Shown: positions 13,575 to 27,428 of the stretch, one piece after another
Layout of the letters: each line of letters starts with the position of its first letter
Position numbering within the stretch: position 1 is the stretch's first letter
Source of the DNA: Haliotis rubra
Lineage: Eukaryota
Assembly: GCF_003918875.1 (NCBI RefSeq)
Contig: NW_025767113.1
Coordinates: forward strand, 1,736,001-1,800,000
Direction: 5' to 3'
DNA: 64,000 bases
The notes under the pieces: generated by a model
The model's input: only the letters and a program-made list of their open reading frames with translations
Databases searched by the model: none
Told to the model about the DNA's origin: nothing
Program-made: the position numbers and the translations under genes

Positions 13575-15170
13575 TACCAAACACTACAGTTTTTGACAGC
13601 GAAACGACGGGAACATCTGACCAGACACTACAGTCTGTGATACCGGAACGACGGCAACATCTGACCAGACACTACGTGATACCGGAACGACGGCAACATC
13701 TGACCAGACACTACAGTCTGTGATACCGGAATGACGGAAACATCTGACCAGACACTACAGTCTGTGATACCGGAACGACGGGAACGTCTGACCAGACACT
13801 ACAGTCTGTGATACCGGAATGACGGAAACATCTGACCAGACACTACAGTCTGTGATACCGGAACGACGGGAACGTCTGACCAGACACTACAGTCTGTGAT
13901 ACCGGAACGAGGGCAACATCTGACCAGACACTACAGTCTGTGATACCGGAACGACGGCAACATCTGACCAGACACTACAGTCTGTGATACCGGAACGAAG
14001 GGAACGTCTGACCAGACACTACAGTCTGTGATACCGGAACGATGGCAATATCTGACCAGACACTACAGTCTGTGATACCGGAACGATGGCAATATCTGAC
14101 CAGACACTACAGTCTGTGATACCGGAACGGCGGCAATATCTGACCAGTTACTACAGTCTGTGATACCGGAACGACGTCAACATCTGACCAGACACTACAG
14201 TCTGTGATACCGGAACGACGGCAACATCTGACCAGACACTACAGTCTGTGATACCGGAACGAAGGGAACATCTGACCAGACACTACAGTCTGTGATACCG
14301 GAACGAAGGGAACATCTGACCAGACACTACAGTCTGTGATACCGGAACGAAGGGAACATCTGACCAGACACTACAGTCTGTGATACCGGAACGAAGGGAA
14401 CATCTGACCAGACACTACAGTCTGTGATACCGGAACGAAGGGAACATCTGACCAGACACTACAGTCTGTGATACCGGAACGAAGGCAACATCTGACCAGA
14501 CACTACAGTCTGTGATACCGGAACGATACCGAACGGCAACATCTGACCAGACACTACAGTCTGTGATACCGGAACGAAGGGAACATCTGACCAGACACTA
14601 CAGTCTGTGATACCGGAACGACGTCAACATCTGACCAGACACTACAGTCTGTGATACCGGAACGACGGCAATATCTGACCAGACACTACAGTCTGTGATA
14701 CCGGATTGATGGCAATATCTGACCAGACACTACAGTCTGTGATACCGGAACGAAGGGAACATCTGACCAGACACTACAGTCTGTGATACCGGAACGACGG
14801 CAACATCTGACCAGACACTACAGTCTGTGATACCGGAACGACGGCAACATCTGACCAGACACTACAGTCTGTGATACCGGATTGATGGCTGACCAGAACA
14901 TCTGACCAGACCAAACACTACAGTCTGTGATTCCGGAACTACTGACCAGACACTACAGTCTGTGATACCGGAAAGACGGCAACATCTGACCAGACACTAC
15001 AGTCTGTGATACCGGATTGATGGCAATATCTGACCAGACACTACAGTCTGTGATACCGGATTGATGGCAATATCTGACCAGACACTACAGTCTGTGATAC
15101 CGGAACGAAGGGAACATCTGACCAGACACTAGAGTCTGTGATACCGGATTGATGGCAACATTTAACCAAA
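13575..15170. repeat. 44-bp tandem minisatellite, ~35 copies (CATCTGACCAGACACTACAGTCTGTGATACCGGAACGACGGCAA)
   Basis: Period 44 (e.g. 13741 to 13785). Variation is concentrated in one ~9-bp segment, and the edge units are degenerate. Confidence 0.97.
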
Positions 15171-15420
15171 TACGATAGTTCTGACTTTGTGAAGGAACAC
15201 AAACACTTGTTATGATATCTAAGGAAGTATTTTAAGTGCTTTAATTCTGGTTTCTAGAAAAGTGTTAGGCTCGGTTAACACGGTTCAATTACAGTTTAAC
15301 AGTTGAACGGTCGAAGTGACTGTCAACAGAAATGTGCACCAGTTTGTGAATTACACATTTACTAACCGTCCAACACCATATCGCTATGTGTTCAGTGGCA
15401 AGTTCAGAAATCTCCCTTTT

Positions 15421-15510
15421 CACGTTGATGGTTCCAGTCATGAGAGGTACATGTAGAACGACGCCACGTTGATGGTTCCAGTCATGAGAGGTACATGTAG
15501 AACGACGCCC
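15421..15510. repeat. 45-bp direct tandem duplication
   Basis: cacgttgatggttccagtcatgagaggtacatgtagaacgacgcc occurs twice. Confidence 0.9.
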
Positions 15511-16705
15511 CGTCCCTCGTTGGATAACCTAATGATGGTACTACTCAAAGTGTTTCCTTGTAAATAACATACTGTGTCACTCTTAGCCATATGGAACATT
15601 TTATCTCACGTTTTGAGGACTTACTGTTCCCCTCTTTTTACGATGATACTTTATGGCTGTCGACATAAACAGGAACTCATACATACACTTATAAAGGTGT
15701 AATCTCCTTCGAGATAACAAAAACAAATAGGGCAATAAACATAAATATTGACTTTCTCGTTTACTCGACACACTGCAAGGATAACACACAAACAGGCACT
15801 CTGTCTGCAGTCTTAGCACAACACCAAGGTAGACAGTCAACAATGGGTACCTCAAACTATCTAAAACCAGACAACAGTTGATATTTCAAGAACACCTGCA
15901 TGTGCTATGGAATAGCATTGTGTGTGCAGCAGGTGTTGTTGAATATGATATCGCTTGAAGAATGTGTATATATGCACGTGTGAAAACATATATTACATAT
16001 GTATATAATTAGAGAGTGATATGCAAAACTGGCATGTTTATATAGAAATGCAAAGCCATTTACTTCAAACATTATGACAGCAAACGGCTGAATGTGTTTA
16101 TTGATACCTGAACATGTTTATGTCCTGAGTAGAAGTTATGGAAAAAGCCGAATATTTTCAGACCCGTGGAAGGTGAATGCGCATTTTATCACAACTGATT
16201 AAGGGAATATATGGGCTAAGCTTACAATCAAAAGGTTAATCAGTACAAATATATGCACAGTAATTCACCAGAACTTTTATTACAAACAATAAATGCCTGT
16301 TGTATTTTTAATGATTACAGTTTGTCTGTGACTAACGGTCGCATAAGACAAAAAGCTGGTACGCGCATACAACACGTTCCATTAAAAACAATATTTGTTG
16401 GAAACAGGATTTGGGTTAGGATTAGTTCATAATAAAGTGACCAAAACATCGCCAAATCCATAGCAGTTTCAATTACAAGCTTTCGACTGTATCACGAGTG
16501 TGTGTTTGAGTCACTATCAAATAGTGATGCCACCAAGACCTCGCGAACATTGAGCGTATGCTGTCCAGACACCCGTCACAAACACTGTACACCATTGTAC
16601 CTTGGGAAGTGTAGCCAACAGAGTCGGCAGCTGCTCGGACATTACTCGACAGGTACAGAAAGTGGAATATTGCAAGTGAATGTCATCCGTCTTCTGAGAG
16701 TCTTA

Positions 16706-17051
16706 AGCGGCCTTCACACGACAAACGAAAGTTTGACAACACATGTTGTCAGAGTTTGAGAGTGTAAACATTCCAACGTGCAACTCGCCTCAACACCAAT
16801 TTCAGAGTTGTCAAACATTTGTCGAGAAATAGTTTCGGTCTCTATTCTCACCAACTTTTCCATCAAACTTTCAGTGTTGTCGAATTCGAGTTCAGAAACA
16901 ACCAATCGCAGTCAACGAAATTGTCACGTGACCACGCGGATAGAGACATGGAGCTCAAATGACAAGAAAGTTTGACAACATGTGTTTGACGTGTGAAAAT
17001 AAACGCGAGTTTGACAACTGTCAAACTTTAGTTTGCCGCGTGAAGGCCGCT
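16706..17051. mobile_element. PIF/Harbinger-type MITE (346 bp)
   Basis: TIRs AGCGGCCTTCACACGACAAAC / GTTTGCCGCGTGAAGGCCGCT. TTA flanks both sides (16703-16705, 17052-17054). Internal GTTTGACAAC motifs occur in both orientations. Confidence 0.85.
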
Positions 17052-17786
17052 TTATACTGTGGAGAGGAGTGTTTCTTGTCACTCCGAATCGTGAGTCGTA
17101 ATGTGAAACAGATGCGTTTGGTATCTTGTATTAAACCGTTCTATGTGGTTATTTGACTGTTATTGAACGATATCATTGATATATTTGAAGCTTTGTTAAA
17201 TGTGTTTGCCAAATTGCCTTGTTATGATATTGCCAGGTGACATTCCGATTCCGTGTAACGAAACAGATCAACAAGAAGGGGTACACCAATGACTTCCCAT
17301 GGGGATGTCTGCTTCTTTCCAAAGTGAATCACTGTATTCCTGTATTTGTTTTACGGGGTACTGTTTTACACAGAGAGAATGTTGTGAGGAGATGTGAGCT
17401 TCCACTTTGTATTTATTCCTCTCGTCATAAACCTGTCTCTCTGGTGTGAAGAAACACAAGCGACAGAACTGTTTTGTTACTCATAAGACGTTCCTGCGAG
17501 ATTCAGAGTCGACAATATGAATAGCTATCAAACCGTTATGACACCAGGTGTTGGCGAAGTGTGAACGTATTACTCCCCTCCAGTGGCGGCAGTCATGCAC
17601 GGCCTAGGGCTGTGGGGCACCTCCATCACAACAAAATATATCCAAATCGGGAATTACATCGGGTATCAGTATTTAAACTGATGCCTCAAATTTCGAAAGG
17701 AGCTCAGCATGTCTACGATAATGTACTTGAAGGCTATACAGAGACAGTGACTGTTGTAACGTTGTTCATACTGGTCTCTATGCAAG

Positions 17787-18126
17787 CTTAAGGTGTGGTT
17801 AAATGGGGCTAACGTCGCACTTAAGAAAGAATATTTCGCTCATATGACGACGTGCACATGTGTGTGTGTGTGTGTGTGGCTGCTTGTAATAGCCCAAACT
17901 TTGGTTTTATGGTGCTTGCTCACTGATATACCATGCCGCAGTTAAGCATGAATACCCCTCTCAGACACATTATACTGACACCGAGCGGACCAGTGAATGC
18001 CGAGCGCCAGGCAGGGACCAACAAGTACAGTATTTTAGGGTCTTTTGGTATGACTCGGCCGGGGATAGAACCTGCGACCTTCTGCTCTCCAGGCGACCGC
18101 TAAACCACTACACCACGGAACCAGTC
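17787..18126 (-). mobile_element. tRNA-derived SINE, family A (Meta/MESC-like central domain), older copy
   Basis: Homologous to 38200-38517 and 47922-48274. Degenerate 12-bp TSD: tctctatgcaag / tctttacgcaag. Confidence 0.9.
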
Positions 18127-20290
18127 TCTTTACGCAAGAGTTGTATGACCCTCTTTGAAATCTTCGTGGAAAGAGCTCCTGCGTGCTTGGTTGTTTTAAG
18201 GATCATACTGACTCTTTGAGGCTTTCTGCACACAGCAATATATTCTTGTCGTTGTGAGAATCTCTGCCTATAGCAGGATTCACAACTGCATCCTGAAGCC
18301 GACTAAAGTGTTGCTAATGTATTCTTTGATCCCGAGACGTCCTGTTCAAAATGACAACAAGCACGTTTAGTTTGTATGCACATACAAAATACATACGTGA
18401 AAAACTCCGCCACACAACCTGTATATACTGACAGGAAGCTTTCCAACTAACATGTGTAAACATGTATGTAAACTAAATACTGAAAGGAACATAAACCATT
18501 TGATGTGAGTGATATATTACCCATTTTCTGTATTAATCATCATTTCGGGATAACAGATGTGTTTGTGTTCGACTTTCATGTCCGCTTCATTGGGCGCGTC
18601 TGAAATGAAACAATGATACATATCCCCGGGTGTAGATGCCGCGGCCCATGCAGTTGTAATTACAACACATCAGGAAACCAATGCATGGTCTACATCTCCT
18701 TTATGCCTGGTAGAATAATTTGTCCATGTCTAGGACCGTCGTAAACTTGGAATAAAATTGAACTTAAAGATCCCATACTGCAATACGTATTTAGATCATT
18801 GCTGCTATATGCAAGTCTGTCGTGGTATAGGACGTTCTTCCCATGTTAGGATTATGTATCTGTACTAATAGGATATGTCTTGTATGAAGGCATCCATCTT
18901 CCAGCCTCCAGTTAATCAATTCAATCTGAAGCGCAGAAATAAACTAAATCGGAGATTTGGTGTTCTAATACCAGACAAGGACTGAATTCCATTTGATCTT
19001 AATTAATTGTGATGTTATATCTATACGGATCACAACTCGCAGTTACACACACTTAAGTGATTTAGTGTTACGGGCTTACTATTATACAAATGTTAATTGG
19101 CTTGGGAGCAATCCCGATGCCTTCTGTCTTCTGTCAATATTATAAGATAGGCAGGATGACATACGGTGATGTTGGATTAGAAGCAGCTTGATGCTTCCCT
19201 CGACTGTTGAGGTGGTTGATACGACGCTTCACAGTCACAGGGATCCGAGTAGGTAGTTGTACAAGAAACCCCTCACGTAGGTTAAGTACAACATGTAACT
19301 ATTGGGTATTTCTGCGACAATTACAGTATAGGTTTACTGATATTTGCTGTAATAACAGCAAGTGCTGGAAAAATACCAATGTCGATGTCATTTAATGATT
19401 TATATATTGGATTTTGTATCTTGTATTCCTCCTTACCAGACAGGCTTTCGTACAGCCACAAGAGTTAGTTATTGGGTTACTGTACTAAGTTAAGGTGGAA
19501 TATGCTGTTAGCCGGCCACCCCCTGTCCACACGATCCTACGGAGACTGTCATGGATGCTTTGTGTTTGTATGCTCGCTTCCTGTCACCGTCAAAGGCGTA
19601 CTAACTGCATGCGCTGTCCACCATCCTCCTCCACCGGTTGAAGTCATGGTTTGACGTGTACATATGTTCTTATGTTTGTCGGGTAAGCATGTGTTTGTCT
19701 TGGTACCACGTTTGGACAGAATGTACTGACCTTATCGCCTGACTACACAACTTCCTGATAAACACCAGCTTTTCACAATTGACGGCGCTTTGTAGGCTTT
19801 GTCATAATTATGGAGTTGTTTTGGCCGTTTTTAATTATTATTATGGCCGATTTTGTTCAGTTGTTTCTGTTTTATTAATTCTTCGAGCACTGTAGACAAT
19901 GTGCTCTGTATCTACATGGCATCCGACTCTTCTCCGTGTTTGGACGTAGGTCCCAACAGTACTAGAATATGTACATTTCTCGGAAAGTCTAATCCCAGAT
20001 ATAGAATGCATAACAATCAGCCTATGGTCATACAACTTGTCCCATTCAGTTCTAGCTAACCAGGTCTTGGGGTCTATATCTCTGTTCTGGAAAATGTAAC
20101 ACGTAGGTGTAACATAATGAATGGATGAATGATTAATCTCATGCTGGATCGGGTCCATGAGCAAATGAAACTAATGTGTGTGCTTATGCGTTATTGCAAA
20201 TCAACTCACTTTATCGGAGTCTTTCTCATAACTAAGGAATAGATTAGCTTCCATATTTTCGACGAAAGAGCAGAGGTCAGTTGACATCTT

Positions 20291-20372
20291 CATTACGTAT
20301 AGATAGCTGACGTCATCATTACGTAGGGATAGCTGACGTCATCACAATACGTAAGGATAGCTAACGTCATCA
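20291..20372. repeat. ~26-bp tandem triplication containing TGACGTCA motifs
   Basis: cattacgta..gatagctgacgtcat occurs three times. Confidence 0.85.
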
Positions 20373-20429
20373 GCACTTATGGACATGTAACATTTCGATA
20401 CTGGCAACAGAGTGTACACATTGATTATC

Positions 20430-20508
20430 ACCTACATACGTATCACGTTACCTACATATGTATCAAGTTACCTACATACGTATCAAGTTACCTACAAACG
20501 TATCAACG
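20430..20508. repeat. 20-bp tandem repeat x4 (ACCTACATACGTATCAAGTT)
   Basis: Directly visible. Confidence 0.85.
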
Positions 20509-22299
20509 TTTCCAGATCGAGGCTCGTGGGGTATGTGACATCTACCACTACAAACTGTTACCTACTGTGTAGTGTTATGAGCACAGTGGCCAGTTAGCGA
20601 TGCTAACAATGACAATAACATATATGGAAAACTATGAATTGAACGGGTTAAGTGTTACGTTTTGTGTGAATTTCCACAAATTGATCACCTGTTCACAAGC
20701 TGTGTGTACTTCATTAGATCGTAAGTGGGTTCCAAGTAACGTCCAGACTAGTACCATTTGGTCTAAGTGCTGTAGTAATGTGCTTGTATCACGGCTGTGT
20801 TCACTCTGTGTGGTAATGTATAGGGTAATGATGTCTATGGGTGAGCTAATGGTATCTTTAATAGCCATCATTAGATTGCCTTGTGATCTCAACAGCATGA
20901 TCTGTCTCACACGGAGAAGTTAACACTTGGCATTACAGTGAGGTCATTCTTTCCTGTGAACTTATTACATGGTTAATTAGTTTGATCATGCAGACGGGGC
21001 ATCTGATTTCAGTCTTGTATAGTAAAGGTCAGAACTGGTACCATGTCTTACACAAGCTATGTCTACTAAAGCACCCCCTGTGTCAGTAGACAAATACCTC
21101 CTATACAATTCTATAACAGAACAGATGCCGAAATGAAGTAACACATTGAAAGAAATAAACCGAGCGTACGTCACTAACATGTGTTTGTCAATGGCCACTT
21201 TACCAACTCACTCAACTCCTGCAATACAGACCGCCATGCAATACTGATCATGCACTACTGCTTGTGAGAAAGAGGCAGGAATTGTTCACCAACTGTTCTG
21301 TTCCATCACGTTGATTCCTCTAACACGTTTCTTGTACAAGTGTGTCAAACAGCTACTGCCAGACAGTGATACCCAGGAATCTTTGGAATGAAGGATGTCA
21401 ATCCCTGCAATTTTCTACTGTTTGTCTTCCGGGAGAGCAAAGATCCGCCAGAGTAACGTCTCCCGTTCAGTTATACAATCCTGAGGCTTCATATCGGAGA
21501 GAAACAACAAAACCGGATTGTGTTTCTTTAATCAAATTCCAAGAAAATTATCTCCACCCATAATACAAAGAAATAAGTGCATTTCCTATTTGCATAGAAA
21601 ATAGCAGCTGTCGGCTTCCTATGTAAAAAATAACAAGCTTGGAATGAGGATCAGGAACTAGGGTTCTACCGAAGGCCGACAGAGTCAACAGAACGTAAGA
21701 AGCCGTGAGTGATGATGCCGTAGACTTCGTGGGTGATAGAGAAGCATTTAAGTGGACTATGATGAAGCAATAAACCTGGCAAACGAACAATTAAAGAATA
21801 ATATAATTCAATACACACAAAGAAACATCACAAGCACGATTTAGAAATATTAATATAATAGTATCTTGTTGTATAAGTTTACCCAATATGCATAAGAATG
21901 ACATGGTAATCGATCTATAAAAGCAAAACGTCTATCTATGTGCTATTTTTTTAAAGAAAAGCTACACGCGATTTTAATTGTAAAACACGTAAAAACGCCA
22001 GTACATCTTCACTTGCATTTCTCATCCCAATCATGGTGATACTTTGACAGTTAAGACACCCTTGGTGTATATAACAGTTATGGCCAGGAGACGGAATTCC
22101 ATACTGTTCTTGCCATAAGTGGCGAATGCTGATCGACCTAGCTGTTTAATTCCCAGGAGTCTACAAGCTGACACTTCCTGATTTGCCTTCTTGGACATGT
22201 TTAGTAGATTGGATTGATCTACGTTCAAACAGTTTTGACGTTGGTTTGCGAGAACCGAACATGGGAGATTGCTGATTGTTGTATATGACAGACAACCGA

Positions 22300-22980
22300 G
22301 AAGGGGATTGTTTTATATAACATGCATATGAGATTGTTGAATACGACATACATCGGGGATATTGCTGTATATTACATACATCTATATAAGCTATTGGATT
22401 GTTGTATATTACATACGTCAGATGTACCGATTGTTGTATATCACATACGTCGGAGATAATGGATTGTTGTATATCACATACATCAGAGATATTGGATTTG
22501 TGTATATCACATACATCAGAGATAATGGATTTGTGTATATCACATACATCAGAGATATTGGATTTGTGTATATCACATACATCAGAGATACTGGATTTGT
22601 GTATATCACATACATCAGAGATACTGGATTTGTGTATATCACATACATCAGAGATACTGGATTTGTGTATATCAAATACATCAGAGATACTGGATTTGTG
22701 TATATCACATACATCAGAGATATTGGATTTGTGTATATCACATACATCAGAGATACTGGATTTGTGTATATCAAATACATCAGAGATACTGGATTTGTGT
22801 ATATCACATACATCAGAGATATTGGATTTGTGTATATCACATACATCAGAGATATTGGATTTGTGTATATCACATACATCAGAGATATTGGATTTGTGTA
22901 TATCACATACATCAGAGATATTGGATTTGTGTATATCACATACATCAGAGATTGGATTGTTGTATATCACATACATTAGA
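22300..22980. repeat. 33-bp tandem minisatellite (GATTTGTGTATATCACATACATCAGAGATA(T/C)TG), ~16 good copies plus decayed left units
   Basis: 11-aa periodicity in the ORF track (DVCDIHKSNIS), with gradual decay into the left flank. Confidence 0.96.
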
Positions 22981-23479
22981 AATATTGTATTGTTGTCTAT
23001 AGCTTAACTATAGTTCATGGGCACATATCAAACAAACGTGCATTTCGCTGTCCGATTTGATGGAAAGTTATAAGTGAAGGCGAATACGACCAGCCTGAAG
23101 TCATATGGCCAAGTATCAAGGGACCGCCTCTGTTGGCTGATTGGAACAAACAATCGCTCCTATCGAGGTCAAGTTACATTGTCAGGCAAATCGGTCAGAA
23201 TTTAGGAGATCAAAGGTTACTTGCAAGACCTGGCCCAGAAACTTGAAACGGTTATTCAGTCTGGAAATGTCAGAGCAATCGGAATAATACTGGTAGACTC
23301 TCATATGGAAGACTTGTGGGATTTCCATCAAGTAACGATTTAAAATTCGATTAATGCCCCATAATCACGTATTTCTGCTCAGACGTCATTGTCGTTCCGT
23401 TGAACTTCAAGAGCGGTTCTAGTGTGGAGTAGGCTAACGCCTTCGTGTTACAGATAGCACGTGTCACTCGGAAATTACA

Positions 23480-23630
23480 CTGCTACTTCTACCACTACCA
23501 CCACCTTCACCACTACCACTACCACCACCGCCACTACCACTGCCACCACCACTACCACTACCACCACAACCACTACCACCACTACCACTACCACTACCAC
23601 TACCACCACCACCACTACCACCATCACTAC
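23480..23630. repeat. (ACC/ACT)n microsatellite, resuming at 24496-25176 around gaps
   Basis: accactaccacc tracts. Confidence 0.95.
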
Positions 23631-24495
23631 TAGGGCTGCGCAATATAACCGGTTTACCGGTATATACCGGTTCAGACATGAAAACGATACAGTATTGCGA
23701 TACGCTGATCGAAAACCGGTATTTTGACATGCATTCGGAAAACTTCGTAACACTCGGAAATCTTCGGATATTTCCGTTTTATAAATTGTTCCTTTCCTTT
23801 TTTTAATTGTGCAGCATATTATTTACATTTTTATTTTGTCATGATTAAAAGCTTTTATTAAGCTTAATCAAGCATGGTGATTTTGTTGTGTTTTTGCTTT
23901 ATAAATCAAGCATTAACTCGATTATAAGTATTTTTTGTTAAAAAAGAACTTCATGCAATATATTGTCCCGGATGGCTCAACAAAAGTACTAGAATCTGAA
24001 CTCCCCGTTGTTCTTGGTGTCTTAGTTTGGTACCAGCAGGTCCCTTTGACTGACATAGGGAAAGTACCTGGGTTTACTGCCAGGAACACACCGCTTCTGA
24101 CACTCTGGGTAATGCAGTGTTGGGGAGTCTGGACATTCTGCTAAAAGTTCTTTGAGTTCAACCTTCCTGGAGAAGTGCCGTTCGCCCACCACCAGTATTA
24201 TCAATCCCGCTCGATTACCATCCCATCTCCCTGGGAAATATACAGACTAAGCTGCCTGTGTGGCGCGAGGTTAACAGTCAAATTACGATGCCATAATAAA
24301 TTTATTACCATGCCTTTCCCTGAACATGTGACATTCCACTTGTGACACCATGGACAGAGGGCATCTACGAACAAAATCATTTGTTTATTGTGTTTCTCCT
24401 TGAGAGTGAAACTGTCAAGCACGGTCACCATCTGGCGATACTTCCCAACATAATGGAGCCACTGATTTCCTGACGCAGCCATTTCACCAGTCCTA
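23631..24495. mobile_element. hAT-like MITE, apparently carrying ~530 bp duplicated from 26195-26724
   Basis: Starts TAGGGCTGCGCAATATA with ACCGGT subterminal motifs and ends CAGTCCTA. The 8-bp flanks are atcactac / accactac. Confidence 0.6.
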
Positions 24496-24609
24496 ACCAC
24501 TACCTCACCACCACACACTACCACCACCACTACCACCACCACCACTCACCACCACCACCACCACCACCACTACCACCACCACCACCACTACCACTCACCA
24601 CCACTACCA

Positions 24610-25723
24610 NNNNNNNNNNNNNNNNNNNNNNNNNNNNNNNNNNNNNNNNNNNNNNNNNNNNNNNNNNNNNNNNNNNNNNNNNNNNNNNNNNNNNNNNNNN
24701 NNNNNNNNNNNNNNNNNNNNNNNNNNNNNNNNNNNNNNNNNNNNNNNNNNNNNNNNNNNNNNNNNNNNNNNNNNNNNNNNNNNNNNCNNNNNNNNNNNNN
24801 NNNNNNNNNNNNNNNNNNNNNNNNNNNNNNNNNNNNNNNNNNNNNNNNNNNNNNNNNNNNNNNNNNNNNNNNNNNNNNNNNNNNNNNNNNNNNNNNNNNN
24901 NNNNNNNNNNNNNNNNNNNNNNNNNNNNNNNNNNNNNNNNNNNNNNNNNNNNNNNNNNNNNNNNNNNNNNNNNNNNNNNNNNNNNNNNNNNNNNNNNNNN
25001 NNNNNNNNNNNNNNNNNNNCACCACTCACCACCACCACACACTACCACCACCACCACCACCACTACCACTACCACCACCACCACTCACCACTACCACCAC
25101 CACCACACCACTACCACCACTACCACCACTCACCACCACTCACCACTACCACCACCACTCACTCACCACCACCACCNNNNNNNNNNNNNNNNNNNNNNNN
25201 NNNNNNNNNNNNNNNNNNNNNNNNNNNNNNNNNNNNNNNNNNNNNNNNNNNNNNNNNNNNNNNNNNNNNNNNNNNNNNNNNNNNNNNNNNNNNNNNNNNN
25301 NNNNNNNNNNNNNNNNNNNNNNNNNNNNNNNNNNNNNNNNNNNNNNNNNNNNNNNNNNNNNNNNNNNNNNNNNNNNNNNNNNNNNNNNNNNNNNNNNNNN
25401 NNNNNNNNNNNNNNNNNNNNNNNNNNNNNNNNNNNNNNNNNNNNNNNNNNNNNNNNNNNNNNNNNNNNNNNNNNNNNNNNNNNNNNNNNNNNNNNNNNNN
25501 NNNNNNNNNNNNNNNNNNNNNNNNNNNNNNNNNNNNNNNNNNNNNNNNNNNNNNNNNNNNNNNNNNNNNNNNNNNNNNNNNNNNNNNNNNNNNNNNNNNN
25601 NNNNNNNNNNNNNNNNNNNNNNNNNNNNNNNNNNNNNNNNNNNNNNNNNNNNNNNNNNNNNNNNNNNNNNNNNNNNNNNNNNNNNNNNNNNNNNNNNNNN
25701 NNNNNNNNNNNNNNNNNNNNNNN
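24610..25723. other. Assembly gaps (N runs 24610-25019 and 25177-25723)
   Basis: N characters flanked by ACC microsatellite. Confidence 1.
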
Positions 25724-26194
25724 TCCGTATCGTCACGGGTACTGCTACTACTACAACTACTATTACTTGAAAGTTACAAATAGCATTTTTACAGTCAATT
25801 GAATGCGTCCCATGGCAATGAAAAAAAAACCCACCGTGGATTCCAGTGTAAGGTTTTGGAAGCAGGTGTATATACCAGGCAAAAGCAACCTTGAGGCACC
25901 ATGTGTCGGGGATTACAATACTCAATACGTATGTGCTATGTCAAATCGGTGCAGGCTCTCTAACCATCTGTATTAAGTTCATGTTGCGAACACAAGCAAC
26001 CCTGCGGAGTCCTTTGCTTGAATAAAGTCCGATGGCCTGAAAAGTGAAACAAAAGGCTTTCTGTTTGCTGCTCTTGTCAGAGGGGTACACGAAGTACGTG
26101 ATCCAAAATACCAGTTTTCAGACTTTTTGTGGAACCCGCAGTGCCTGAGTGGGTTCATTGTTGACTGGGTGCCTGACTTGAGTGTTAGCTTGAA

Positions 26195-26724
26195 TCCCGG
26201 ATGACTCAACAAAAGTACTAGAATCTGAACTCCCCGTTGTTCTTGGTGTCTTAGTTTGGTACCACCAGGTCCCTTGACTGACATTGGGAGAGTACCTGGG
26301 TTTACTGCCAGGAACACACCGCTTCTGACACTCTGGGTAATGCAGTGTTGGGGAGTCTGGACATTCTGCTAAAAGTTCTTGAGTTCAACCTTCCTGGGAG
26401 AAGTGCCGTTCGCCCATGGCTCTACAGTATTATCAATCCGCTCGATTACCATCCCATCTCCCTGGGAAATATACAGACTAAGCTGCCTGTGTAGCGCGAG
26501 GTTAACAGTCAAATTACGATGCCATAATAAATTTATTACCATGCCTTTCCCTGAACATGTGACATTCACTTGTGACACCATGGACAGAGGCATCTTACGA
26601 ACAAAATCATTTGTTTATTGTGTTTCTCCTTGAGAGTGAAACTGTCAAGCACGGTCACCCATCTGGCGATACTTCCCAACATAATGGAGACTGATTTCCT
26701 GACGCAGCCATTTCACCAGTCCTA
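26195..26724. repeat. ~530-bp segment duplicated at 23966-24495
   Basis: Colinear from tcccggatg to tttcaccagtccta, with scattered substitutions and small indels. Confidence 0.95.
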
Positions 26725-26854
26725 TGAGATCAGGAAGTTGATCTCTATAACTGTTTTGTCAGTCTCCACGGAAACCAGGTACTGCGCTTGTTCAACGTGT
26801 CATCTTTCTGTGTTTTCGTCTCCCACGGATATTCCTTTTAGACCAGACTCTCTG

Positions 26855-27105
26855 TTACCTGTGTTGGTCGTAAGAGGTGACCAGACTCTCCGCTACCCGT
26901 GTTGGTTGTAGGAATTGACCACACTCTCCGCTACCCGTGTTGGTCGTAAGAGGTGACCATACTCTCCGCTGTGTTGGTGACCAGATGGATCGTGTGGTTA
27001 GACTCAGTAACTTGGTAGAATGTGTGTTATCCTACCCCTTTACGACTCAAAATATCAATCACTTGATTGTCTGGTGCAGACACGATTATTCACGGATGGT
27101 GCATT
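26855..27105 (+). mobile_element. Decayed copy of SINE-like family C with a triplicated 38-bp head segment
   Basis: gtcgtaagaggtgac...ggatcgtgtggttagactc...gattgtctggtgcagacacgattatt matches the reverse complement of 46021-46270. Confidence 0.7.
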
Positions 27106-27428
27106 ACTTTCTACGTGAAGACGCTGTACTCCGGACCGTGCCTCATCGATGGTAATAACCGCCATGTTCACTGGCGCTGCAAATTAATGTAACCAGATAG
27201 CACTGAAGATAAACCAACTTGCAACACTCCACGGCACATGTTCTACATCCTTGAACATTGTCCCTTACCGTTACTTTGTTTATTATGATCAATAATGATA
27301 AGACATTTCAGGTTAATGATGCCTCAGCATGAAGGTGCATAGCGTGGTGTTAACTGTGACGTGGGTAGTTACCATGTTAATCTCAGCATACATACACACT
27401 AGTGAAACAAATGGTATAATTGTGTCTA

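Noticed and set aside
13575-15170. CRISPR-like look (constant ~35 bp plus a variable segment)
   Set aside because: The variable part is only ~9 bp and recurs as a few related variants. There are no unique spacers or cas genes, and the context is eukaryotic.
22161-23007. Repetitive ORFs in four frames
   Set aside because: They come from the 33-bp minisatellite and have no domain signature.
24530-25925. ORFs spanning X runs (also 55664-56480)
   Set aside because: They are artefacts of N gaps.
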